From positions 3,375 through 67,374 of the forward strand of contig CAWANO010000001.1 in assembly GCA_963783425.1 (NCBI GenBank): a stretch of 64,000 nt of DNA, in the 5' to 3' direction. Each line of letters starts with the position of its first letter. The first letter of the stretch is position 1. The notes under the pieces are model-generated. The model made no database searches and was not told where the DNA came from. It saw nothing but the letters and a program-made list of their open reading frames with translations. The DNA comes from an uncultured delta proteobacterium (lineage in GTDB: Bacteria; Desulfobacterota; Desulfobacteria; Desulfobacterales; QNYZ01). Positions 7,845-16,921 of the stretch are shown here, piece by piece. The position numbers and the translations under genes were made by a program.

Positions 7845-9164
7845 ATGGCTGAAGAAACGACTCGAATCAAAGGAAAAAAATCGTCATCTTTTCTCGACAA
7901 GGTCAAGACGCTGCTCCCGGACGGCGGCAATCTCAATCTCTGTCTGACCTGCGGAGCCTGCGCATCGGGCTGCCCGGCAACGGGTCTGGAGGGGATGGAC
8001 CCGCGCAAGTTTTTGCGCATGGCCGCCCTGGGCCTGGACGAAGAGGTGACCAGCACCCCCTGGGTGTGGATGTGTTCCATGTGCCAGCGCTGCATCTACG
8101 TCTGCCCGATGAAAATCGACATCCCGCGCATGGTCTACTACGCCCGGCAGACCTGGCCACGCGAAGAGCGGCCCAAGGGAATTCTCGGATCCTGCGACAT
8201 GGCGCTTAAAAACGACAGCTGCAGTGCCATGGGCGCTTCGCCGGAGGATTTCCAGTTCGTGGTCGAGGACGTGCTCGAGGAGTATCAGGAGAGCCAGCCG
8301 GAGTTTGCCGAAATGCAGGCGCCCATCGACAAGCAAGGGGCCGAGTTCTTCCTAAATCAGAACTCCCGCGAACCGGTCACGGAACCCGACGAACTTTTAC
8401 CGTTGTGGAAGATTCTGCATCTGGTGGGCGCCGACTGGACCTACGGCTCCAAGGGGTGGGCTGGAGAGAACTACTGCATGTTTCTCTCCGACGATGAAGC
8501 CTGGAAGCACATCACCCAAACGGCGGTAAAGCATGCCGAAGAGCTGGGGTGCCGCGTCTTTCTCAACACCGAGTGAGGGCACGTCACTTTCTCGGTCCTG
8601 GAAGGACTGAAAAAATTCAACATCGACCACACGGTCGACGTAAGAAGCATCTACGAGTACTACGCCCGCTGGATCAGGGAGGGGAAGCTAAAGGTCAACG
8701 CCGACTGGAACAAGGATCTGAAGATCAAGTTCACGGTTCAGGATCCCTGCCAGATCGTACGTAAGAGTTTCGGGGATCCGATCGCCGAGGACCTGAGGTT
8801 CGTGGTTAAGTCGGTGGTCGGGGAGGAGAACTTCGTCGATATGGTGCCCAACCGCTCCAACAACTATTGCTGCGGTGGTGGTGGCGGCTTTCTGCAATCC
8901 GGATATAAAGAGGCTCGGCTGGCCTACGGCCGCCTCAAGGATGAGCAGATACAGGCTACGGGGGCCGACTACTGCATCGCGGCCTGTCATAATTGCCACG
9001 CCCAGATCCACGAATTGAGTGAGCACTACGAGGGCGGCTACGGGGTGGTTCACCTGTGGACGCTCATTTGTCTCTCACTGGGCATCCTGGGGCCCAACGA
9101 ACGGGAGTACCTCTTGGATGACCTCAAGGAGATTAACGTGTTTCATCCGGAAACAGCCATGTAG
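7845..9164 (+). CDS. HdrD-like Fe-S oxidoreductase (2x[4Fe-4S] + CCG domains), selenoprotein with in-frame UGA at 8574-8576
   Basis: ORFs 7845..8576 and 8802..9164 share one frame, and no other stop lies between them. Motifs seen: CLTCGACASGCP, CSMCQRCIYVCP, QDPCQ, NNYCCGGGGG, CHNCH. The UGA falls in ...FLNTE-U-GHV.... Confidence 0.8.
8574..8609 (+). other. UGA (Sec) codon plus candidate bacterial SECIS hairpin
   Basis: TGA at 8574-8576. Hairpin CGGUCC-UGGAA-GGACUG at 8593-8609 (6 bp including one G-U, GG in the loop) starts 17 nt after the UGA. Confidence 0.55.
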
Positions 9165-9225
9165 AAGTTCTGGCCGCCAAAATACTGATCAACAGTGGCT
9201 CAACCGTTGCAGGGAAAGGAAACTC

Positions 9226-10098
9226 ATGAGTTTTGAAAAACGATTAAAATCCAAGGAATTTGTCGTGCTGGCGGAGATGAACACCCCCAAGGGGGTTGAT
9301 ATATCCCGCTTTGTAACGGACGCCCGGCGGATCAAGGGCCGCGTTGACGCTGTGGTGGTGCCCGATATGGACAACGGCGTCATGCGTATGAGCGCGCTGG
9401 CCGGCGGGGTGCTGGCCCAGCAGCAGGGCCTGGAGGCGATCATTCATGTCTATGGCCGGGATCGCAACCGCATGGCCCTTCAGGGTGATCTGCTGGCCGC
9501 CCACGTGCTGGGCCTTCGCAACCTGGTCGTGGTGGGCGGGGAAGAGATGGACAATTCGGACCACCGCGAGGCCGTGGCGGTGGACGATCTGGACGAGATG
9601 GATTTGCTGGAGGCGATCTCCGCGCTACAGGCGGGAAAGGATCTGGCCGGGTTTGATCTGGACGGCAGCCCGGAGTTCGTGACCGGCTGTGCCCTGTCAC
9701 CCTGTGAAGATGAGGCCGCACTGGCAACGGAACTTGCCGCCGCTCGGAAGAAGGTGTCGGCCGGGGCGCGTTTCGTGATTACGCCGCCAGTGTTCGACCT
9801 GGACCATTTTCTGGCCTTTGACGAACAGGCCCGGGCGCTGCAGGTGCCCATTATCCCGACCGTATTTTTAATCAAGTCGGTGGCCGTCGCCCGTTATATC
9901 GCCACCAATGAACCCTGGTCGCATCTCTCCGAGGCCTTGATCAAGCGCATCCGCAAGTCCGCCAACCGCGAAATGGAAGGCATCAAGATCGCCGGCGAGA
10001 CCGTAGCCCAACTGCGCCGCCATGCCGGAGGGGTACTGATTCAGACCATGGGCTGGGAGCATCGCCTGCCGACCATTCTCGATGAGGCCGGGATTTAA
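9226..10098 (+). CDS. Methylenetetrahydrofolate reductase-like protein, paralog 1 (no adjacent MetV)
   Basis: Start at MSFEKR with RBS AGGGAAAGGA. Colinear with the MetF at 14332 (VDAVVVPDMDNG.../...YGRDRNRMALQGDLL). Confidence 0.75.
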   Translation: MSFEKRLKSKEFVVLAEMNTPKGVDISRFVTDARRIKGRVDAVVVPDMDNGVMRMSALAGGVLAQQQGLEAIIHVYGRDRNRMALQGDLLAAHVLGLRNLVVVGGEEMDNSDHREAVAVDDLDEMDLLEAISALQAGKDLAGFDLDGSPEFVTGCALSPCEDEAALATELAAARKKVSAGARFVITPPVFDLDHFLAFDEQARALQVPIIPTVFLIKSVAVARYIATNEPWSHLSEALIKRIRKSANREMEGIKIAGETVAQLRRHAGGVLIQTMGWEHRLPTILDEAGI

Positions 10099-10129
10099 CG
10101 TCCACCTTTAGCGTTGAAAAAAGGATATC

Positions 10130-13100
10130 ATGGAAAACCCACGAAGATTCCAGTCTAAAAATAAGGTGCTGGTGGTGGGCGGCGGTGTGGCCGGGATCCG
10201 CACCTCGCTCGACCTTGCGGAAGCCGGTCGCGACGTGGTGCTGGCGGACGCTGCCAACGCCATCGGCGGCCTCATGACTCAACTGGATCGCACATTTCCT
10301 ACCAACAATTGCGATCTTTGCACCATTTCGCCCAATATGTCCGAGGGCAACCGCAACTTTCACATCGACCTGATGACCCTCACCCGCGTAGAGGCGCTGG
10401 AAGGGGAGGCCGGTAATTTTACGGTGACGCTTGCGACATCGCCGCGTTACATCGACACCGAGCGATGCACGGCCTGCGGCGACTGCCACCGCAAGTTTCC
10501 CGGGTGCGTTAACTTTAATCCCGGTCTCGACCACCGCGCGCCGACCTGCATGCGCTACCCGCAGGCCACGCCCCAGGCCTATTCCATCGACATGGCGCGC
10601 TGTGACGACAAGGAAGCCCTGGTGGCGTGCTGCCCGGCCGATGCGATCGTGCTGGACGACCGAGAGGTGCAGCAGCAGATGCATTTTGGTGCCGTTGTGC
10701 TGGCGCCGGGGGCGGCCATCTTCGATCCCGCCAAACTGGACAATTTTAGCTACGGCAGTGAGCCGGACGTGGTTACCAGTCTCGAGTATGAGCGTATCTT
10801 GTCGGCTTCGGGACCCACCGGCGGTCAACTGCTCCGTCGCTCTAACGGCCAGGCGCCGGCCAAGATTGCCTGGATCCAGTGCGTTGGCTCGCGGGGGTTG
10901 CAAAAGGGGGCGGCCAGCTACTGTTCCAGCGCCTGCTGCATGTTCGCCCTCAAGGAGGCCATCGTCACCAAGGAGCGCTTCGGCGACGAGATCGACACCA
11001 CCATCTTCTTCATGGACATGCGTACCTTCGGTAAGGATTACGAGCAATACTACCAGCGCAGCCGTGATGAATTCGGCGTTCGTTTCGTTCGGAGCCGGCC
11101 CCACAGCGTGATCCGCAAGCCAGGCGAGGCGCAAGTAACCGTTACCTACGCGCCCTTTGACGAAAGCCTTTTTACCGAAGAGAAATTCGACCTGGTGGTG
11201 CTCTCCACGGGGTTTGCCGTCAGTGACGCGGTGCGTGAAACGGCCGAAAAGCTAGGGGTGGCTCTAAACGAGCACGGGTTTGCCCAAACCGGCGCCTTTG
11301 ACCCGGTAGCCACCTCACGACCCGGCGTCTATGTCTGCGGCATGTTCGAAAGCCCCAAAGATATTCCCGAAACCATGGTTCAGGCCAGTGCCGCGGCTTG
11401 TTGCGCGGCCGAGTTGGTGACGGCTGAAAGCGCCGAGCCGGTGGCCGCCGGTTTTTTTGAAGAGGAGATGTCGGCTGAGATCAGCGCCGAGTTTCCGCCC
11501 GAGCGTGACGTGGTCGGCGAACCGCCTAAGATCGGTGTTTTTATCTGTGACTGCGGCGAAAATATCGGGGGTGTGGTGGACGTGGCCGCGCTGGCCCAAT
11601 ACGCGGCCAGGTTGCCCGCCGTTGAGGTGGCCGAGGTGCTCGGCCACGGCTGCAGCCGCGAGGCCATGGGCCGTATCCGCGATCGAATCCAGGAGCGCTT
11701 GCTCAATCGGGTGGTGATCGGCGGCTGTTCGCCGCGTACCCACGAGCTGCGGTTTCAGGATACCATCCGCCAGGCGGGCCTCAACAAATATCTGGTGGAG
11801 ATCGCCAACCTGAGGGATCAGGACACCTGGGTACACCTGGATCGCCCCGAGCAGGCCGCCGGCAAGGCACGTCAGTTGATCAAAGCGGCGGTGGAAGCGG
11901 TTAAGGCCGCCCGGCCCCTGACCGATCACTATCTGCCCATCAACCATGATGTGCTGGTGGTGGGTGGCGGCGTAGCCGGCATGACCAGTGCCCTCAGCCT
12001 CGCCGATCAGGGCTATAAGGTCTTTCTGGCCGAGCGCCGGTCAATGTTGGGCGGCGTGGCGGTTCTGGTGCGCAAGACCCTGGAAGGGGACGATGTACAG
12101 GCCTTCGTGGACGGGCTTGTTGAAAGAACCGGCGCACATCCCAACATCGAAGTGATCACCAACGCCTTTATCGTTGACCACAGCGGCATGCCGGGCATGT
12201 TCAAAACCGGTATGCAGGTTGGCCCGCGGATGTTTTACCGCCAGATCACCCATGGGGTGACAGTGATGGCTACGGGCGCCCTGCCCAATCGCCCCGAGGG
12301 TTACCTGTTGGGGGCACACGCGGCGGTGATGACCCAACTGGAAGCGGACGCGCTTTTCGATGAGGCGCCGGAACGTGTCAAGGCGTGGGAGAACGTGGTC
12401 ATGATCCAGTGCGTGGGGTCGCGCACGCCCGAAAACCCCAACTGCTCGCGCGTTTGCTGTCAGGCGGCGGTGAAAAACGCGCTGCGTATATTGGCGTTCA
12501 ACCCAGAAGCGCGCATGATTGTTTTATACCGCGACATGCGCACCTACGGATTTCAGGAGGACTACTACCGCATGGCGCGCGAAAAGGGCGTGATCTTTAT
12601 TCACTACGAACCGGAGACACCGCCGCAGGTGAGCGACCGGGAGGAGCGGGTAGAGGTAACATTCACCGATCCGATTCTGGGTCGAACGTTATCCGTGGCG
12701 GCCGATGCACTGCTGCTGAGCACCGGATTTATCAGCGACGACGAGTCCAGCGAGGACCTGGCGGCCATCTTTAAACTGACGCGCACAAGTGACGGCTTTT
12801 TTCTGGAAGACCATATCAAGTTACGGCCGGTAGACCTTTCGGTGCCCGGGTTCTTCGTGGCCGGCACGGCCCATGCCCCTAAACTGATTCGCGAAACCGT
12901 TGCCCAGGCCAAGGCGGCTGCCGGGCGGGCGTTGACGCTGCTGGCCCGCGAAAGCATCAATCTGGGGGCGGCCGTGGCGAGAGTGGATGCCGAAAAATGC
13001 GCGGCCTGCCTGGTGTGTGTACGGGCATGCCCCTTTGACGTGCCATTCATCAACGCCGACGGCTATTCCGAAATCGATCCGGCCAAATGCCACGGGTGTG

Positions 13101-13207
13101 GTGTTTGCGCCGCGGAGTGTCCGGCCAAAGCGATACAGATCATGTGCTTCGAGGATGACCAGATCCTTGCGAAGCTCGACGGACTGCTGGAAAGGATGGT
13201 GGCCTAA
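10130..13207 (+). CDS. hdrA: HdrA-like flavoprotein, 1025 aa, with two HdrA-type FAD modules and C-terminal 2x[4Fe-4S]
   Basis: VLVVGGGVAGIRTS near the N-terminus and VLVVGGGVAGMTSA near residue 610. TFPTNNCDLC motif. Terminal CAACLVCVRACP...CHGCGVCAAECP. Confidence 0.85.
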   Translation: MENPRRFQSKNKVLVVGGGVAGIRTSLDLAEAGRDVVLADAANAIGGLMTQLDRTFPTNNCDLCTISPNMSEGNRNFHIDLMTLTRVEALEGEAGNFTVTLATSPRYIDTERCTACGDCHRKFPGCVNFNPGLDHRAPTCMRYPQATPQAYSIDMARCDDKEALVACCPADAIVLDDREVQQQMHFGAVVLAPGAAIFDPAKLDNFSYGSEPDVVTSLEYERILSASGPTGGQLLRRSNGQAPAKIAWIQCVGSRGLQKGAASYCSSACCMFALKEAIVTKERFGDEIDTTIFFMDMRTFGKDYEQYYQRSRDEFGVRFVRSRPHSVIRKPGEAQVTVTYAPFDESLFTEEKFDLVVLSTGFAVSDAVRETAEKLGVALNEHGFAQTGAFDPVATSRPGVYVCGMFESPKDIPETMVQASAAACCAAELVTAESAEPVAAGFFEEEMSAEISAEFPPERDVVGEPPKIGVFICDCGENIGGVVDVAALAQYAARLPAVEVAEVLGHGCSREAMGRIRDRIQERLLNRVVIGGCSPRTHELRFQDTIRQAGLNKYLVEIANLRDQDTWVHLDRPEQAAGKARQLIKAAVEAVKAARPLTDHYLPINHDVLVVGGGVAGMTSALSLADQGYKVFLAERRSMLGGVAVLVRKTLEGDDVQAFVDGLVERTGAHPNIEVITNAFIVDHSGMPGMFKTGMQVGPRMFYRQITHGVTVMATGALPNRPEGYLLGAHAAVMTQLEADALFDEAPERVKAWENVVMIQCVGSRTPENPNCSRVCCQAAVKNALRILAFNPEARMIVLYRDMRTYGFQEDYYRMAREKGVIFIHYEPETPPQVSDREERVEVTFTDPILGRTLSVAADALLLSTGFISDDESSEDLAAIFKLTRTSDGFFLEDHIKLRPVDLSVPGFFVAGTAHAPKLIRETVAQAKAAAGRALTLLARESINLGAAVARVDAEKCAACLVCVRACPFDVPFINADGYSEIDPAKCHGCGVCAAECPAKAIQIMCFEDDQILAKLDGLLERMVA

Positions 13208-13632
13208 TGGAGAAGTTCGAACCGGTGATCGTGGCTTTTTGCTGTCACTACTGCGCCTACACGGCAGCCGACATGGCCGGCAGCCAACGGATCTGCTACC
13301 CGCCCAACGTCAAGATCGTGCGGGTGCCCTGTTCGGGCAAAGTCGATACGATTCACATCCTCAAGGCCTTTGAAAAAGGCGCTGACGGGGTATACGTGGC
13401 CGGCTGCCTGGACGGAGACTGCCATTTTAACAACGGCAATGTGCGGGCTGCACGGCGCGTGGATATGGTCAAACAGATGCTGGACGAAATCGGCATCGGC
13501 GCCGAACGGCTCGAGATGGTCAAGATGTCGGCCGGCATGGGCGACCGATTCGCCGAAGTTGCCGAGCGTATTACCGATAAAATTCGCAACCTGGGTCCCA
13601 ATCCGGTGGTTTCAGCCCGGAGCGCCGCTTAG
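13207..13632 (+). CDS. mvhD: MvhD/FlpD-type [2Fe-2S] electron-transfer protein
   Basis: VAFCCHYCAY...VPCSGKVD...GADGVYVAGCLDGDCHF, the hallmark of the methyl-viologen-reducing hydrogenase delta subunit. Confidence 0.9.
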   Translation: MEKFEPVIVAFCCHYCAYTAADMAGSQRICYPPNVKIVRVPCSGKVDTIHILKAFEKGADGVYVAGCLDGDCHFNNGNVRAARRVDMVKQMLDEIGIGAERLEMVKMSAGMGDRFAEVAERITDKIRNLGPNPVVSARSAA

Positions 13633-13666
13633 GCGCACGACCCATAAACAAGGAGAATCAGAGCCA

Positions 13667-14335
13667 ATGATCACAGCGGAACGCAAACCTTTGAATGAAA
13701 TCATCGAATATGTGCGCCCCTTCGATCGGATCCTGCTGGTCGGCTGCAACGAGTGCGTCACGGTGTGCGCGGCCGGCGGGCGCAAGGAGGTGGGCATTCT
13801 CTCATCGGCCTTGCAAATGGCCTTGTTGAAGCAGGGTAAAAACATCCAGATCAAAGAGCATACCCTGGAGCGTCAGTGCGACCCCGAGTATGTGGAGGAG
13901 CTGGTCACCATGATTGATGGGGCCGATGCGGTGCTCTCCATGGCCTGTGGCTGCGGGGTTCAGGAACTGGCGCGGCGCTACCGGGACAAACCGGTCTTTC
14001 CGGCCGTCAACACCAAATTCATGGGCGCCTCCGAGCGTCCGGGCGTTTGGGCCGAGCGTTGCCAGGGGTGCGGCGATTGTTTGCTGGGCATCACCGGCGG
14101 TATCTGTCCCATCGCCCGCTGTTCGAAACGGTTGTTGAATGGTCCCTGCGGTGGATCCACCCAGGGCAAGTGCGAGGTGGGTCCGGAGATCGACTGCGTA
14201 TGGCAGCTGATCTGGGATCGTCTTAAGGCATTGGGGCGTGAAGACCGCTATGAAGATATCATGCCGGCCAAGGATTGGAGAACCGGACGGGGCGGCGGAC
14301 CCCGCAAGATCATCAGAGAGGATTTGGCAGAATGA
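13667..14335 (+). CDS. metV: MetV (methylene-THF reductase C-terminal-like zinc/Fe-S protein)
   Basis: RBS AAGGAGA, start MITAERKP. Cys-rich motifs GCNECVTVCAAGG, CQGCGDC, CPIARCSKRLLNGPCGG. Its stop overlaps the metF start (ATGA). Confidence 0.8.
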   Translation: MITAERKPLNEIIEYVRPFDRILLVGCNECVTVCAAGGRKEVGILSSALQMALLKQGKNIQIKEHTLERQCDPEYVEELVTMIDGADAVLSMACGCGVQELARRYRDKPVFPAVNTKFMGASERPGVWAERCQGCGDCLLGITGGICPIARCSKRLLNGPCGGSTQGKCEVGPEIDCVWQLIWDRLKALGREDRYEDIMPAKDWRTGRGGGPRKIIREDLAE

Positions 14336-15258
14336 AAACCGACAGCGTTCTGGAAAAAGTGCTCAGCAGCGGCAACCTGGTAGTGACCTCGGAATGCGGC
14401 CCTCCGCGCGGCGCGGCCGTGGACAAGGTCCACAAGAAGGCGGAGATGCTCAAGGGTTATGTTGATGCCGTCAACGTGACCGACAACCAGACCGCCATGG
14501 TGCGTATGTCGAGCTTTGCCGCCAGCGTTTTTTTGCGCCAGATGGATCTGCATCCGGTGCTGCAGATGGTGACCCGGGATCGCAACCGCCTGGCCATGCA
14601 GGCCGACATCATCGGGGCTTATGCCCACGGCATCAACACCATGCTGTGTCTCTCTGGCGATCACCCCCATTTCGGCGATCACCCCATGGCCGCCAATGTA
14701 CATGATATCGATTCGATCCAGTTCATCCAGATGGTCAAGCAGATGAGAGACGAGGGTATCTTCCAGGGCGGTGCCAAGATTGACACGCCCCCCAAGATGT
14801 TCATCGGCGCGGCGGCCAATCCCTTTGCCGACCCTTTTGAGTTGCGCGTGGCGCGGTTGGCCAAGAAAGTGGCCGCTGGAGTCGACTTCATTCAGACCCA
14901 GTGCATCTACAACGTGGACAAGTTCGAGCAGTGGATGGAAGGGGTGTGTGGGCGGGGCTTGAATGAAAAGTGCGCCATTCTGGCCGGTATCACGCCCATG
15001 AAGTCGGTGGGCATGGCGCGCTACATGAAAAACAAGGTGCCGGGTATGGATGTGCCCCAGGCGCTGGTGGACCGCATGGGCGGCGTACCCAAGGAGCAGC
15101 AGGCCGAAGAGGGGCTTAAGATCTGCGTGGAGACCATCCAGCGCCTCAAGGAGGTGCCGGGGGTGGCCGGATTTCACATCATGGCCATCGAGTGGGAGCA
15201 GAAGGTGCCTGAGATCGTTGAAAAATCGGGACTCTACCCACGGCCCAAACTGAATTGA
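14332..15258 (+). CDS. metF: Methylenetetrahydrofolate reductase (acetogen/SRB type), paralog 2
   Basis: Start MKTDSVLEK overlaps the metV stop. TIM-barrel MetF motifs VDAVNVTDN, TRDRNR, FIQTQ. Confidence 0.85.
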   Translation: MKTDSVLEKVLSSGNLVVTSECGPPRGAAVDKVHKKAEMLKGYVDAVNVTDNQTAMVRMSSFAASVFLRQMDLHPVLQMVTRDRNRLAMQADIIGAYAHGINTMLCLSGDHPHFGDHPMAANVHDIDSIQFIQMVKQMRDEGIFQGGAKIDTPPKMFIGAAANPFADPFELRVARLAKKVAAGVDFIQTQCIYNVDKFEQWMEGVCGRGLNEKCAILAGITPMKSVGMARYMKNKVPGMDVPQALVDRMGGVPKEQQAEEGLKICVETIQRLKEVPGVAGFHIMAIEWEQKVPEIVEKSGLYPRPKLN

Positions 15259-15301
15259 CCCGCTAATGATCCGTGGGCGCTGGTTAAAGTCAGAAGACAA
15301 G

Positions 15302-15318
15302 GGCCTGCCGAGCAGGCC
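15302..15318 (+). terminator. GC hairpin after metF (weak or partial terminator)
   Basis: GGCCTGC-cga-GCAGGCC, a 7-bp stem with no clear T-run after it. Confidence 0.3.
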
Positions 15319-15348
15319 GATACAAATACCCTTAAGGAGGAAAACAAA

Positions 15349-15735
15349 ATGACTGAAAAACAACTAATACTGGTGGTGGACGACGATCCCGATCTGGTTG
15401 AGTCGGTGTCCATGAAGTTGGAGAGCGAAAATTACCGGGTGGCCAAGGCCTATGACGGCGTGGAAGCCATGGATCGCATCAAGCAAGAGCGGCCTGAACT
15501 CATCATTCTTGATGTGATGATGCCGCGCAAAAACGGCTACACCCTTTGTGATGAGCTGAAAACCTCGGAAGAGTACCGGGACATCAGCGTGGTGCTGCTC
15601 ACCGCCGTGGCCGAAGCGGTCACCTCCACCAGTTACACCCACATGGATGGCAAAAACACCCTGGCCGACGACTACATCCCCAAACCGATCGAGCTTGATC
15701 GGTTGATGGAGATCGTCAAGGATCTGACCGAATAA
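15349..15735 (+). CDS. Single-domain response regulator (CheY-like receiver)
   Basis: VVDDDPD...ILDVMMP...KP receiver signature; RBS AAGGAGG. Confidence 0.9.
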   Translation: MTEKQLILVVDDDPDLVESVSMKLESENYRVAKAYDGVEAMDRIKQERPELIILDVMMPRKNGYTLCDELKTSEEYRDISVVLLTAVAEAVTSTSYTHMDGKNTLADDYIPKPIELDRLMEIVKDLTE

Positions 15736-15863
15736 CCGATCTGTCACCCGAATCTCGGTGGGCGCTTCCGAGATTCGGGGCAGGACGCTTGACGACAGCC
15801 GGTTTTGGCGGTTGCCAAGGTCAACGTTCGATCAACGACCGAGGCGGTTTGTTGCGGCGATAA

Positions 15864-16397
15864 ATGCATGCACGACCGTCCGATGGAAAAGATATGGGAG
15901 CGGATGTCACTGAAAAGCTGAGGATCAACGGGATCAAACTCAGCGAGGAGCTGGTCCAGGTCAATCTGGCCCCGGGCGGCGAGATTTCCGCGGGGAGGCT
16001 GTTTCGCCAGCTGGCCGTTCGCCGCATTAACCTGTCGCTGGTGGCCTTGGCGGCTCATCCAGAGGGTGTTGCCAGCGCCTGTTGCCTGGCGGCCGATGAC
16101 CTGCCGCTGGCACAGCCCATTTTCGATACGATCCTTAAGGGGGCGCGGATCATCCCGGCGGTGGGCGCCTTGACGGTTTTTCCCCACCGCACGCGATTTG
16201 ACTTGCTGGGGTGTGTGCTGGGCGCATTTCACCGCTGCCGGCTGCCTGTTCATGCCATCGCCTCGTCGCTAGCGGCCCTGACGTTGACGACTGATTATGG
16301 GGGCTTGGAAGCGGCCCTGGCGGCCGTCCAAGAGGTTGCCACGCTTCCGGAAAACCATGCCCCCTTTCACCCGGAATTCAAGGTGTGGCAGATCTGA
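15864..16397 (+). CDS. ACT-domain-like protein (aspartokinase C-terminal-like); start uncertain (ATG at 15894 possible)
   Basis: Repeated beta-alpha-beta-like segments resembling ACT modules. The stop overlaps the next start (TGATG). Assignment by pattern only. Confidence 0.4.
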   Translation: MHARPSDGKDMGADVTEKLRINGIKLSEELVQVNLAPGGEISAGRLFRQLAVRRINLSLVALAAHPEGVASACCLAADDLPLAQPIFDTILKGARIIPAVGALTVFPHRTRFDLLGCVLGAFHRCRLPVHAIASSLAALTLTTDYGGLEAALAAVQEVATLPENHAPFHPEFKVWQI

Positions 16398-16918
16398 TGG
16401 AAACCATCGCCGTATACTGGGAGCCCAGGATCAAGACTTACGGGTTCAATCAGCGGGTCGGTTTGACGATGATCTCACTCTCGCTGCCGACCGGATCGAG
16501 CGAGCCCGATGGCGACCGGATCGGTCTGGCCTTAGCGGCCGCTGGTGATCTTGTGCTGACCTTTGCCGTTCCCACCGCTCACGGTGAGCTGCGGCTCAAC
16601 TTATTACTGGAAGAGGCCACCGCCGAACAACTGACAGCAGCTTTGACATCGATCTGCTATGGTGGCTCCTACGATCTGCGGGTTGAGACCGGGGTGGAAC
16701 TGATCTATTTTAACGGCCCTCATTTTGGAGATCGCTACGGCATTGCCGATGCGGCCTTGCAAGCCTTGAGGCGGGCTGAAGTGCGACCGCTGGGCGTCGT
16801 GTGCGCCAGCGCGTCGGTTTACATCGTATTGCCCGGGCAGACGGCTGAAACGGTCTGTAAATATTTGACGGAAACCTTCGACGGGCCCGGCGGGAAGCCA
16901 TATGGCCGAAGGCAGTAA
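16397..16918 (+). CDS. ACT-domain-like protein, second paralog
   Basis: Start METIAVYWE overlaps the upstream stop. ...YFNGPHFGDRYGIA... resembles aspartokinase-type ACT regions. Confidence 0.4.
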   Translation: METIAVYWEPRIKTYGFNQRVGLTMISLSLPTGSSEPDGDRIGLALAAAGDLVLTFAVPTAHGELRLNLLLEEATAEQLTAALTSICYGGSYDLRVETGVELIYFNGPHFGDRYGIADAALQALRRAEVRPLGVVCASASVYIVLPGQTAETVCKYLTETFDGPGGKPYGRRQ

Positions 16919-16921
16919 TTC

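Noticed and set aside
9019-9225. N-terminal extension of ORF 9019..10098 (and similar extensions at 13370, 14275, 54553, 55599, 44833).
   Set aside because: The extensions overlap the preceding gene or lack an RBS. Internal ATG or GTG codons with good Shine-Dalgarno sequences give products that start where family homology starts.
9983-11134. Long antisense or alternative-frame ORFs. Examples: 9983..11134(-) 383 aa, 14248..15363(-) 371 aa, 38519..40813(+) 764 aa, 44911..45885(-) 324 aa, 50764..51753(+) 329 aa, 46933..47682(-) 249 aa, 20425..21333(+) 302 aa.
   Set aside because: They overlap, on the opposite strand or in another frame, genes with unmistakable family motifs. Their translations are low-complexity and rich in R/G/A/H/P, which is typical of shadow ORFs in high-GC DNA.
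10130-13207. Possible selenocysteine in HdrA (Sec-containing HdrA proteins exist).
   Set aside because: The 1025-aa frame is uninterrupted and the relevant motif reads NNCDLC with Cys. No in-frame UGA is present.
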